Shown: piece by piece, positions 1 to 12,320 of the stretch
How the letters are laid out: every line of letters starts with the position of its first letter
How positions within the stretch are numbered: position 1 is the first letter of the stretch
DNA from: the human T2T-CHM13v2.0 reference genome, Homo sapiens
Assembly (NCBI RefSeq): GCF_009914755.1
Contig: NC_060928.1
Strand: one strand, 5' to 3'
Length of the DNA: 64,000 nt
The notes under the pieces: generated by a model
Told to the model about the DNA's origin: nothing
The model's input: the letters and a program-made list of their open reading frames with translations, nothing else
The model's database searches: none
Made by a program: the position numbers and the translations under genes

Positions 1-133
1 TAATGATGCAAAGATAGATATTTTTTCAAAAATAGCTTAGACATTACAGAGAATTGTAAAACACAGATGTGCAGAATCACAGTCACAGCCTCTAAGGGAG
101 ATATCTGAAAAAGAGAGAATAACGTGTTTTTAC

Positions 134-190
134 CTCATTGAAAACACCAGAAGAATGATCTTGAACATAGTCCAGAGGCTTTTTAGGAGG
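134..190 (-). CDS. SORBS2: SORBS2 57-nt cassette exon PPKKPLDYVQDHSSGVFNE (phase 0-0)
   Basis: acccag|CCTCCT...AATGAG|gtaaaa; 19 codons. Confidence 0.88.
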
Positions 191-617
191 CTGGGTGTAG
201 ACGCACCACAGAAGCAGAAGTGTAGGGATGGAATGGAGGAGAGTCAATGGCAGCAAGGAATGAACATGTGGAAAAGGTGACAACAGTTAGAAATTGAGTG
301 TTGACAGCACCAGCTACACAAACAGAATGACATGAATGGAGCAAAATGGGGGCAGCTGGGAGGAAGTGTGCAACGTCTGCAAATATTCTCAAGCACTGGG
401 AAAATTGGCTAGTGTTCAATTAGTATATTTATAAATTCATTTTGTCAAATTTCATTAGCACTCCTAGTCTCTGGCCACAGAGGAATGCAAGGTAAATTAA
501 AGAAACATTAAAGGAGCAAGTGGATAGCATGCTGGTGAGTTTCCATGTGTGACTGAAAATGATTATGGAAAATGCTGATAACTTAGGCTCAGTACAGAAT
601 AGTCCCTATAAGCTTTC

Positions 618-932
<315 letters not shown>

Positions 933-1210
933 GTCCCTATAAACTTTCTAACCAACAGCAACAATACATATAAAATAAAGCTAGAGAATGTTTTTCCTTG
1001 AAATAAAATACATTTACATTCACACTAAGATACAAATGAGAAAAAATGAGAGAAAACATTCCTCCTATGAGATAATAACCCTAAGAAAAATCCTTTGGTT
1101 TATATTCGTTTACAGTCACTTTTGATTCAGTTCAATAAGCTACCTTGAGTCTAACCAAGTCTCCTTTGCAGTTTAATGGACAAAAGAGACTACCATCACC
1201 AATCAGTAAA

Positions 1211-1220
1211 CCATATATGG
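1211..1220. promoter_or_regulatory. Consensus CArG box (SRF) CCATATATGG
   Basis: Exact CC(A/T)6GG match; function not shown. Confidence 0.35.
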
Positions 1221-1387
1221 TCCATATGCAAGTATATAAATCAGCATATGGTATAGAAATGGTTATATCCTGATTTCTAAAAAAACTATCAGTGTAATTG
1301 GTAGGTTATTTAAGAGTCTAAAACGCATAAAAACGTGTGTAACTGATACACATCAAATGCACTGCTGTTGGTGGATACAGTTCCTAA

Positions 1388-1723
<336 letters not shown>

Positions 1724-1902
1724 TCAAGTTGACTCTTTATCCCAAACAGGCTAAGCAATAAGGCCCAACCTCTGGGCTTCCTCTGGCGGGAGTCTGGGGA
1801 TTAGAGAAGCTGTGATGGCTTTCACTAGCAAGTCTGGAAATTAAGATCCACAGGACTTCCTGATTTTTTTCTTTCCTTATATCCCTAATGGTAAACTAGG
1901 TA

Positions 1903-2247
1903 CAGTCATGTGTTGCATAATGACGTTTCCGTCAACGATGCACCTATATATGATGGTGGTCCTATGGGATTATAAGACTGTATTTTTACCATGCCTTTTC
2001 TATGTTTAGATATGTTTAGGTACACAAATACCTACCATTGCATTACAGTTGCCTACAGTATGGAGTGCAGGAACCTGCTGTACAGGTTTGTAGCCCAGGA
2101 GCAACGGGCCATAGCACACAGCCTAGGCGTGTAGCAGGCTCTAGCATCTGGGTTTGTGTAAGTACTCTGCGATGTTTGCACAATGGCAAGTCCACCTGAT
2201 GACACATTTCTCAGAACCCGTCCACATCCTTAAGCAACACGTGACTG
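1903..2247 (+). mobile_element. Tigger3a-like TcMar-Tigger non-autonomous DNA transposon
   Basis: TIRs CAGTCATGTGTTGC...GCAACACGTGACTG, TA dinucleotide each side, about 345 bp, start resembles Tigger3 consensus. Confidence 0.85.
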
Positions 2248-2855
2248 TATTTTGTAGTGGGATTACTCTGGCAGTATATTATAGTGAGAACTGCCCAGAG
2301 ATTTTCATTTTTCTTTAACAGGCTCTGCGTTTAACTTCTTACTCTGCCATTTACTATTTTGTGCACATTACTTAACCCCTCCAGTCCCCATTTTCTTCTT
2401 CTTGGCGGGACATCAGGAGGCCTCGAGGAGATAATGAAGACAGAAGCCCGCACTCTCCAGGTGCCTGATGTTTGCTCAGCAAACAGGACTCAATGTCAAG
2501 GTGCTCTTCTGCTTGAACTAGACCAAATAGACTGTAAACAAATACAAATCTTCTATACAGCTGTAATAATTGTCTGAATATTCCATCACAGAAACTACCT
2601 CAAGATTTTGAACTTGTAATGAATTAGATATAAAGAAATCTTAATGAATGACCTACAAACCACATAGGAAATGTCTGAGCACATTTGACCATTTGGTACA
2701 GAAATGAATCTGGACTACGCTGTACCAAGTGTGTGTATACATTATGCATTCGGCCTTTGTTCTCTGAATGACACCCACGTCTACTGATAATTGTATTTTA
2801 GAAATCAAACAGTATACTCCTAGTTTTCTTATATTAATAGTCTAGCCTCACTTAC

Positions 2856-2939
2856 CGGGCGTCCAAACTCCAGTTCTGAAAAGAATTTATACCAGGGCTC
2901 ATTTTCTAAATCTATGTCATCTGGATTTATGCGATCAGT
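2856..2939 (-). CDS. SORBS2: SORBS2 84-nt cassette exon TDRINPDDIDLENEPWYKFFSELEFGRP (phase 0-0)
   Basis: ctctag|ACTGAT...CGCCCG|gtaagt; 28 codons; resembles the IDLENEPWYKFFSELEFG motif of SORBS1. Confidence 0.92.
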
Positions 2940-3220
2940 CTAGAGCAGATGTGAAGGAAAAGGGAAGGAAAAGGCACACTGAGCAAAGTGAGGGAAACGC
3001 TGTGTGGCATGAAAAACTCACGCGCGCATTGACACGCAAACATGCATCAACTCTCACCCCACGAACCTCAGCAGGAGAGAACGGAGGAAGTAAAGTAAAA
3101 CGAGTAGCATGAGGATGTGAAGGCGAGCTCCATGGCAGGGGGTCCCTAGCTGTTTCCTGCGTCCATCGTTTCTGATTGGCATAAGTTGTGGGCAACTCTT
3201 GCTTGAGTTGATCCACTTAC

Positions 3221-3379
3221 GCTTGAGGCATGAACTATGGACCACTCTCTGCGGCAGCGAGACTGGGTCTGGCTGGCACGCCTGATGTTTGGAATAGGCT
3301 CAACCCAGTCACCAAATAGCTCTTTTGGGCGAGTCACTTCATCGTCCCTGCCCTCATTGGTGGCTAGCAGTCCCAGCAT
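3221..3379 (-). CDS. SORBS2: Candidate alternative first coding exon MLGLLATNEGRDDEV...WSIVHASS
   Basis: ATG 3379 with an in-frame stop upstream, 53 open codons ending at a perfect AGC|GTAAGT donor in phase 0, matching the next exon; weak Kozak context. Confidence 0.5.
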
Positions 3380-3429
3380 GGGAGCCCGCAGTCTGCAGAC
3401 AATTCACTCGGGTGCAGGCAGGTGGTAAG

Positions 3430-4100
3430 CCTGGGATGGGGAAGGGTGCGGGAGGGGTGGGAAGACAGGCGAGCTGGGGGGAGGGGGACAGGGCATTGGG
3501 GGGCTCTCAGGGGCCTGTGGATGAGAAGATTCTGGGGCCTGGATGGGTGCGAGCGGGACCCGGGGGAGTGGGAGTCGCCAGGCTCTGAGCAAGCAAGGGC
3601 TGCACCTGCACCTCTGCCGGGCATGAAGAAAGGTAAGGAAGGAAGGAGCTCACCCGGGTGGGAGACAGAGCCGGGGCGCGCGAGCTTGGTGTGGGGGCGC
3701 CACTCCGGGGCGGAGGGGAGGGGCTACCAGTGACTTCTCCGAGTCGGGAGCTAGAAAGAGGCTTCCGGCCAGGTTCCCTTGGAACAGGTGTCGGAGTTGT
3801 TGGGAGAGGGGGCTGCAAGAAAGAGGGGTGCAGAAACTGGTTCATTAGATGGAGGCTCTGGGCGGAACCGCGAGGACACCCTGGCAGCGCGCTGTGCCTG
3901 CGTTAGGCCGGGAGGGGAGAGGCCTCCGGACGGCGAAGTGTCCCTAGGGACCCAGACGCCTCGGGAGCGATCCGGGCCGCTGCGAAGCCCTGCCCACCAG
4001 GAGTGGATCCCCAGGATTCACCTCCCGGCTGCCTGCTCTGAGCTGAGAAGGGGATCTGGTTCTTCACAATACCGTGGATGGCGGGGAAGGGGAGGGAGCC
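3430..4100. promoter_or_regulatory. Intragenic GC/CpG-rich island with G-run clusters (possible internal promoter)
   Basis: Sharp GC and CpG enrichment against AT-rich flanks; G-tracts such as gggatggggaagggtgcgggaggggtggg on the + strand. Confidence 0.65.
3654..3812 (-). CDS. SORBS2: SORBS2 159-nt proline-rich cassette exon PPLPTTPTPVPREP...PALSPTR (phase 0-0)
   Basis: tctttcttgcag|CCCCCT...ACCCGG|gtgagc; 53 codons. Confidence 0.88.
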
Positions 4101-7100
4101 TGGGGTAAAATCCCATCTTGGTTTCCTCGATGTTCTAATTTAGAGAAAAAGCCAGTTTTATAATTGACCTGCTTCCCTGCAGAGGTTTCTGAATGTTGTT
4201 TTTAAGATGAAAAAACTAGCAGTGTTAATATAAACAGTTGGAGAAAATACATACAATTATTCTAGTAATAGAAAACAGATGTAGAGTGTTTACCTTACCC
4301 AGCAGTGTCCTTAATATTTTCAAATAATACATGGCTGACTAGATTGATTTAGGCTGCTGATTTTGTAGTAAATCTAAGAGCTTAAAGTACTATATACAAG
4401 TTATTACTTCTTTGATAATTACTATATGACACTAATTAAATGTGGTACAATTGAAGAGTACAGTATCTTAAGTCAGAAAAAAAATTCTAAGAAAAATTAT
4501 ATGGTTCCCTAAAAGCCATTCACTCTGGCTAGGAGAGGAGCTGTGACTCCCAAGACATATTCTAGGAGGACTATTAAGTGCTCACTGCTTCAGAACAATT
4601 CAATATCATTTGCTTACAATTCTTAAAGAAACTCAGGGACTTAAACTGAATAGCGACATCTTGGTTGTGAAAAAAATGCTATGTAACCTTCGCAGTGCTG
4701 GGAGCTTGAAATGTTCCATATTCCAACAAAAGCCATGATTTTGACATTGTTCTACTGTTTTATTGACTCGTTGCATTTACAAGTTTTGCTAATGATACAC
4801 AGTCTACACTTACTAATAAATTATACTCACAGTGTTTTTAGTGATGTGACTTTGTTTCAATATTTTATAATAAAAGATTATAGGAGTAATTACAGACAAT
4901 GATAGAAAAGTTTGAGGCATCGTGACAAAATAGTGCAAAAGCCTAAGTTATCCAAAAGATGTAGTGATCATAATTATAAAGACTGTGTAGTGTCCCTGGG
5001 AAATGCTTACAATGAGATACCAAGCAGTCAAAACGGAATCTAACCACGCACCTGTACAGTAGTTACAAAGGTATTACAAAGCTTGTCTCTGCATGAACAC
5101 AGTAAAGAAGTCACACATACACAAACGACTACAATGGTGTTCTGGTATTGCGACTGTTTGTTTTTTCTTTCTTTTAAATATTATTTTGCTTTATTGTTGT
5201 AATGTTATTTTTGTAATAAATAAATTCAGAGAGAACATCCTACTATTAGACATAGGAAAATGCCTAGAAATCTTGAGATATTTTTCCTTCTTTATGCCAG
5301 TATTATATTTGGTTTACACCTCAGAAGTAATAGTGAAATTGGTAGAGACAAAATATTCTAGTAACCAATTTGCTATTTTCTGTTGAATTTAAAAATTTAA
5401 TTCAATTTATATTTGATTCAATAGTTGCAATAGTATTAATTGAGATTTTAATGTCCATAAAATACTATTTTTCTCCAATTATTATTTAGATCATTATAGA
5501 TGCATAATTGTTCGTGAAATGGCTTTGCTGGAGCTGGTTTTTAGGGTAACTGACAGGAGAGAGAATTTCCAGTAATTTCTCTTCTGTTTAGAGAGACATA
5601 CTATTTCTTCTACAGGAAAACTAACCTCTGACTCTTTTAAACTTCATAGTTTCTAATGTTACACACTGAATGATATCATTAATTATTATAACTTCTGTTT
5701 TCAAGAATAGTATTTTGTTTTGCCAAGGGGAGATAGAAACTTCTCTTAGAGGAAACGAATCTGTTTAAGAAACATTATGAACAGCAGAGGGCAGCCAACT
5801 TACTAAATGAATAAGACTTGTTAGCTATGTAGCTTCACTTTGACTCCCACATTAAGAAAATATGTAACAAATGGATATACCAAGTCCTGATTTATAGTAA
5901 TGCATCTCTATGATAGAATATGGAAAAGGAAGCAGAATATCTACCATCTTGCATCATACCTTAGAATGGCAGTTTTCCATGAATTATGCTTTTGTTTATT
6001 TAAATAGTCAATTTATAGTTACAATGGGCAACTATCTAGAATGCATGCCAATAGAAATTAGCAGAGAAAACACCCAAAACAATGATAGCTGGTAATTATC
6101 GATAACTTTGGAATGCAATGAAAGGCACATGTTTGAGCAGAGTTGTGTTAAAGGAAGTGTTAGTGGCAGAACTAGAATTTTCTCTTTGCTGTGGTTGCCG
6201 TATTGAATCTTTTAAGTCATGCAATAATTAAATGTCCTATGGTGACCTGGAGGCACTGCTAAGGAACACAGAAGCCTCGCAACAGTCAGTGACACACATA
6301 CAGATGGTCAGTCAACAGATGGATATACACACAAATCACTAATCTCAGTAATTTAACACTTTCCATGTGGAACATGGACATTCCTTTGAGTACAGCACTA
6401 ATATTAACACTCAGAAACTCATTTAGGAGGTATGATTATGGTTTACTCTAATTGCTCATAAAAGGCAAAAGAGCAAAGATACTGATATGCATCTTTCTAG
6501 CCTTGGTGTGATTTTTTTGTTGTTGTTTCTTTTCATTAAAAAAAAAAAAAAACCCACCAGCAAACCTCCGTTTAAAACTAACTTTGTTAGTCATCAGTGC
6601 AAGAGGACGTGTTCAAGAAAAGCTACAACTATAAATCACAAGTGATCCTTACTTAAAAGCTACCAAGGGTGAACAACTTTAAAAATTTTAGTGTTTTCTA
6701 TAATTTAAAAGCATTTAATTGCTTTTGTGGTTATCGAGATTCCACTAAGTATTCTCAGTGAGGCATGTGCTTTCTATACGTTGTTCTAAACAAAAAGAAG
6801 TGCCAGGGCTATTTTGTTTTTCAAATTACGCTCATTCCATTTTAAGTTTTAATGACATTGACTACCGTGTTTTATATTTATTGTGGTTTCACAATAAATG
6901 CTATATACATTATTAGTTGGGATAATTCTTAATGGTCATCAGATGAAACTCCTTAAATTTTTATAGTTAAGTATTGACTGACAATCTTTATTGATAAAGA
7001 AGCTTAAGTTCATTAAGGGTTTAAGTTGCATTTCAACTCTGCTACAGTGTTTTCAATGACTATTTTCTTCTGCTTTTATCATTATGTTCAAGTTTAGTTA

Positions 7101-7759
7101 TTGTAGGTTAGGGTAACATTTTCATATATTTTTTTTTTACTTTATCAAGCATACAGAGGTCCTAAACAAATGCTTTATTAATTTTTTTTTTTAAATTTAA
7201 CATTACTCACCTACAAACATATCCAATGCAATGGGATATAAAGGTTTTAGTAATATAATCCCAGCAGAGTTTTTATGATTGTCTCATGGAAAAATTAAAT
7301 TGTGGAAATACGGTTCTGATTTGTGGTTCGAGTCAGTTCAAGGCAAATTCCTGGTGACTGCTAAGTACTTTTCCAGATCAAACATTAGGCCCAATTAATT
7401 AACATTTCTAAATTTACAGTCACATGAGTATTTATGAGCTTCAAAAAAGTGCGCTCACTTTTACTTTCCCTGTTAAAGAACATAAACGCATATGCCACTG
7501 ATTCCTAAGGAAGATCTCTTTGCCAGGGTCTTGGGAAGATTTTTGTTCAAACAGTACTACCCCCCTGCCTTCTCTGTATCCCAGGGAATCGTGGAATTAT
7601 GAGTCACTACTAATAGCAGTGTGTCAAACCCCTCCAAGAATGTTTTGAGACCCACTGGGCCTTTTGCACTAGAAATATATAGGCTTCATGGATAAACAAC
7701 AGAACAAGGATTCAGTCCCTCACCAACTTTTTCCACTGACTGCAAGGGTGAAACCTGTG

Positions 7760-8490
7760 TTCCTTCATTCACTTAGAAATTCCACGAATGCATATTCACT
7801 GAACACCTGCTACAGGCCAGGCATCGTCCCAGGTGTTGGGATACAACTGGTGGACCAGTCACAGCCCTCGCCTTCAAGAAGCTCAAGATCTCATGAGGAA
7901 CACAGTGTGCCATGGGCACACAGCAGGGAGAGCCTCCAACCTAATGCAGAGGAGTCAGGCACATTCCCTGGGGGAGGTGGGACTGTGCTGGGACCTGGAG
8001 GATGGGATAGAATTCTCCATGTGAAGGAAGAGGTGGTGGGGAGAGCTTTTCCTGGTGGGGAGGTGCAGCCTTTACAGAGGCCCAGCAATGCGGGAATTGA
8101 AAGTTCTCTGTGCAGCTGGAACCTAGCGAGGCAGGGAGGGTGGGAGGAGAGATGAGGCTGGAGAGGTCAGCTGGAGCCCGGTCACAGGTCTTCCATAAAT
8201 TATGCTCAGGGTTTCAGATTTTGCTCGAAGGACAGTGAAGAGCCAGAGAAAATTTTGAGCTGGAGGTTTTATAAAGATTTTCTAAAGATTGCCTTCGCTG
8301 TGGTGTGGAGACTAGACTGGAGAGGTAGGGAAATGAATCAGGTGGCTGTCACTGTAGCCCAGGCACGGACAATTGTGGGCCAGAAGAGAGGAGCAGCAGT
8401 GGCACTTCTCCTGGCAGGCGACACTGAGTCCACTGCAGGAGAGGGGAAAACCCAAGATGACCCTTTGGAAAAGTGGGCAGATGGAGAGGC
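7760..8490 (-). mobile_element. L2 LINE 3' fragment
   Basis: cattcac...tcactgaacacctgctacaggccaggcatcgtcc motif typical of reverse-complemented L2 3' end. Confidence 0.7.
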
Positions 8491-9309
8491 CATGTAGAGA
8501 TTCAAAAGAGCAACACAGAATTGCCCAGGTGTTGTGTATATTTTTCAAAAATTGAAAATGAAAAGAGCAAAGGAATGCTTCCAAGGCATCTTGGAGTCAA
8601 AAGACATGAGAATGCATGAATAAGACCTTGATACCCCTCAGCGCTGGCCATCGCTGCGACGCCACTCTCATTCAGCACGCCTGCTCTTCAACCTCTAGCC
8701 TGTATTTTCAACACTTCAGAATCTTATGTAAACTATATCAGTACGCGGCCAGTCTCTACATCACCACGGCCCACTTGGCTCTTTTTGTTTTCTAATTTAT
8801 AGAGGCAATTGAAACGAAGTCAGGACTAATTTTTTTAAAAAGATGATGAGCTGGTCCTACACTGGAAAGGCTGGCCAACATGTCCCATATGGCCAGCTCA
8901 AACCATTCTGCTTAAGGCTGGTCCTCTCCAAAATTGTTTAGGAGGGTTAACATTTTTGGTTCTTTCTATTTCTCCATAAGATAGCCATTCTCACTTCCTT
9001 CCAAGTTTCTAAGTTCCTTCTACTTATCTTCTCCTGTGGCTGCAGAGACCTATCCACACTCGAATCTCTGTCACACTCATGGCTCCAGAGTTTCCTGTCT
9101 TACAACCAGTCACATCTACTGGTCCTGTGTGGTAACTACTTAGGGCCTAAGTTTCTGATAAAGTAAATCAAGTATACTTTATTGTAAATTAGCCAATAAA
9201 TAAATTAATTTATACTGCAAAATCATCAAATAAGGGAATCAAATAACTGCTACTTCAATGTGTTTCCTGCTCAGCCACACCTGGAGTGGCTGTACAGCAG
9301 CGACCAAGT

Positions 9310-9520
9310 GCACCAGGCATCAGTATGCCTGGGCTCAACTCCTAGTTCTGGCTCCCACCATGTGTCCCTGGGGCAAGGCGAGCTAATGTGTGTTTCAGTC
9401 TCTTCATCTGTAACATGGAAATGCCATGTGTCTGCTTAATAGGGCTGCTGGAAACTTTACATGAGATAAGGCATAAATTACTAATTACAGCGCCTGGCAT
9501 ATAGTGAGTGCTCAATAAAG
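9310..9520 (+). mobile_element. MIR
   Basis: ttcagtctcttcatctgtaacatgg core and agcgcctggcatatagtgagtgctcaataaa 3' end. Confidence 0.75.
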
Positions 9521-10824
9521 ATTTACAATGATTGCTATTGCTATTATTATTGCTATTGTAAAACGAGGAGTCTTTAAAGTCTTTTTTAACCCAAAGACAA
9601 GAGTAATGTGACAATTTCAATAACAATGATAGGGTCAATGTATAAACCCTAAAGGGAGCAAAGGGAGGGTTTTTTAGGTGTGCGTCTGTTTTAACCATAT
9701 AAGAGGCTGTTTACTTTGCACAAACTCAGATCTAGTCTTGCATAGATATTAAATGATAGACTTGAAGTTCCTCAAGGTAGAGAGTGTGTCCTGTTCCCCG
9801 CTGTGCACCTCACATAAAGCCTGGCATGTAGCTGGTGCTCAGTCAGTTTTACTGAATGACTAAATAATAGAAACATCGTGGTGGGAGAGCGTCTAAAACC
9901 AATCCTGTTTCCTGACACCACGGCTACCAAAGCATTCCAATACCATTACCATGTTCGTTATCCTAAGAGTCTCATAAATTACTAGAAAGATCATTAAAAT
10001 TTTGTTATTTAATTTAAATCTGAGATGTATTATTTCACTGTTTTCAATTTTCTGCAATGATGACATTGTGTTTCACTCAATTCTCATTCTGGAAATTTCA
10101 GAGTAGCATGATACTCAATCACAGAAACTAGTAAATGGGTTACAAGTTTGCAATGGTGCCTGCAAATCAGTGATTTTTTTTTTCTTTCAGTTTTTCTTTT
10201 GTAGTCCTGTTACTCTAAAAGATATGAGTTATTTAAAGAAAGGGTAAGAAGGCTTAGACAAATATCATGTATGAATTATCTGATGATAAGGTTTTGAACA
10301 TGCTTCTCCAGAACACAACCGCAAACACAGGGTTTCAAAGACTCAATCAAGGACACTCATGTTGGGTGTGGCAAGGCTAGAGTTTCCAATTAAACCACAG
10401 GGCTGGCCTTGGATTATATATGAGTGTGATTTCTTGGAGACTCTTGAAGGAGCTCCACAAAGAAAACTCTCTTTTTCCTGTTCACTGACACCTAAAATTC
10501 TTTTAAAGCAAAAATGAGAGTAAATTGCAATTGATTGCAAATGTTTTCCTAGAAGTAGGCTTGGAAGGAGATGCAGAGGAACTGTGGAGTTTCAAAGAAA
10601 ATCCTGAGGACACTGATTTCTGAGGGGAAGCAAAGGACATGCAAGGGAGTATTGGGGAATCAAAACCAAAGAAGGCCAAGGGAAGACCTATGTGTGAACC
10701 TGCGCTTCGAGGAGGCAAGTGGTTCTTCTTAAGTGTATAGATATTTTTGTTTGCATATAATTAAATAATTGGAAAAAATCCTGCAAAGTGAAATATAATC
10801 TTGATCCATTAGAATGACAATCAA

Positions 10825-10848
10825 TCAGGAAGCTTGAGGCTTGGTAAC
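10825..10848 (-). CDS. SORBS2: Sorbin-type terminal coding exon VTKPQAS*
   Basis: atccctcctcag|GTT ACC AAG CCT CAA GCT TCC TGA; phase 0 after ...QHERP reconstitutes the porcine sorbin C-terminal heptapeptide PVTKPQA. Confidence 0.85.
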   Translation of the reverse strand, partial: VTKPQAS

Positions 10849-11120
10849 CTGAGGAGGGATTTAATAAGAAGCAATTAAAACAACTTGTTATGAAAAGGGC
10901 ATTTGGAAAATTCTCCCTTCATCCAAAGAAATATTAAAAAGCCAATATGGAAAACAAGGGATGGAACTGCCTGGGTCCATGTATATTGGGGAGATTAATT
11001 AATGATTTTTCTCATTAGCAAGCTATGATAGCAATTAAGTATTGCACTTATGAACTTTTTTAAAAGTTAAACTCTGATTAATGATTAGGCACAGTTAGAG
11101 TTACATGCAAATGAATCTTG

Positions 11121-11236
11121 CATATAAATATATATATGTGTGTGCATACACATGTGTATATATGTGTATGTATATACACCTGCATGTGTGTGTGTATATA
11201 TATATATATAAATACACACACACACACACACATACA
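11121..11236. repeat. Compound (TA)n/(TG)n/(CA)n microsatellite
   Basis: Alternating purine-pyrimidine dinucleotide runs. Confidence 0.9.
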
Positions 11237-11442
11237 CTTGTATTTGGTCAGTAAAGACAATATATTAGAACATGTATCTTTCAATTCTGAGATGAGATGT
11301 ACAAATCATTATACAAAATAAACATGATTTCTAAGTGATTACCTTTGTGACAAAAATTGCTAATGGGTCTGAAATTCAGGTTTATTGGGGAGCCCTGGGA
11401 GCCCAGCGAGCTGGCATATTCTGTTTAATGACAAGTGCTTAC

Positions 11443-11557
11443 TGGTCTTTCATGCTGAAGAATTGATGACTTGCCAGGTTCATATTCAAAAATACTCCTT
11501 GGCTCAGACCGAAATTTTCTTGTGTCCACTTTTCTGTCTGGAGGATCCCAGTCATGC
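11443..11557 (-). CDS. SORBS2: SORBS2 exon (K)[38 protein letters not shown] (phase 2-0)
   Basis: tttctag|G CAT...AGA CCA|gtaagc; 115 nt. Confidence 0.96.
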
Positions 11558-12186
11558 CTAGAAATAAACAATAAATCACACATTAAAATAATCCTTTTTG
11601 CTTAAAGCAATTGTGTAAAACCAGTTATCTGTTTTCAACATTACTTTTAGCATAGTTTTAAAAAAAATCTCTCAGGATAAAAAGTTAACCTGTGAAAAAT
11701 ACCACATTCCCCCGCCACTGGCTCCAAAAGTCACATGAGGGGTTTGTAGACGCGCAGAGAGTGAGTCCCTGGGTTCCTAATGGCAGCTGTGTATATTTGT
11801 GCTTAAAATAGGTGGCAGTATGCTCTGCTGAACTATGAGCATTTAACCCACCACTTTGTGACCTTTGGGATCCTTGATCCAAAGTGACAAGGAATAATGC
11901 ACACACCATGTTTGATCTTATTTCTTGAAGTGGGATCATCGCTTGGGAAGAGCACAGAAGTGTCATGTGGGTTGGCGTGCACCAGAGCAGGCAGTGTGGA
12001 ACAGGAGGTCGTCTTTTGGTGTGAGCCTTGAAAAACCAGAGTCAAACATCTCATTCATGGGAACCAGCACTTTTCCCCCAAGGAATATCTTCCAAGAGGC
12101 TGTCAGAAGACTTACGAAGGAAAGCTTCAAAAAAGGGTTTCACAAAATTAAGCTTTTCTAGGCTACTGAGCTAAAGAAGAAGGCTT

Positions 12187-12320
12187 CTTTTTTTTTTTTT
12201 TTTTCGAGACAGAGTCTTCCTCTGTTGCCCAGGCTGGAGTGCAGTGGTGTGATCACAGCTCGCTGCCATCTCACTCAAACTCCTGGGCTCAAGCCATCCT
12301 CTCTCCTCAGCCTCCCAGGG
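12187..12320 (-). mobile_element. Alu/FLAM fragment
   Basis: Poly-T then gagacagagtct...ctcagcctccc. Confidence 0.85.

Noticed and set aside
3237-4108. Several + strand ORFs over the CpG island
   Set aside because: Stop-poor GC-rich sequence antisense to SORBS2 exons; no recognisable protein
4290-4312. Donor-like TGG|gtaagg on the minus strand
   Set aside because: No convincing acceptor or frame-preserving exon upstream
7688-8155. 155-aa + strand ORF
   Set aside because: Lies in a degenerate L2 fragment
9342-9698. 118-aa minus-strand ORF
   Set aside because: Runs through a MIR and simple repeat; no matching splice sites found
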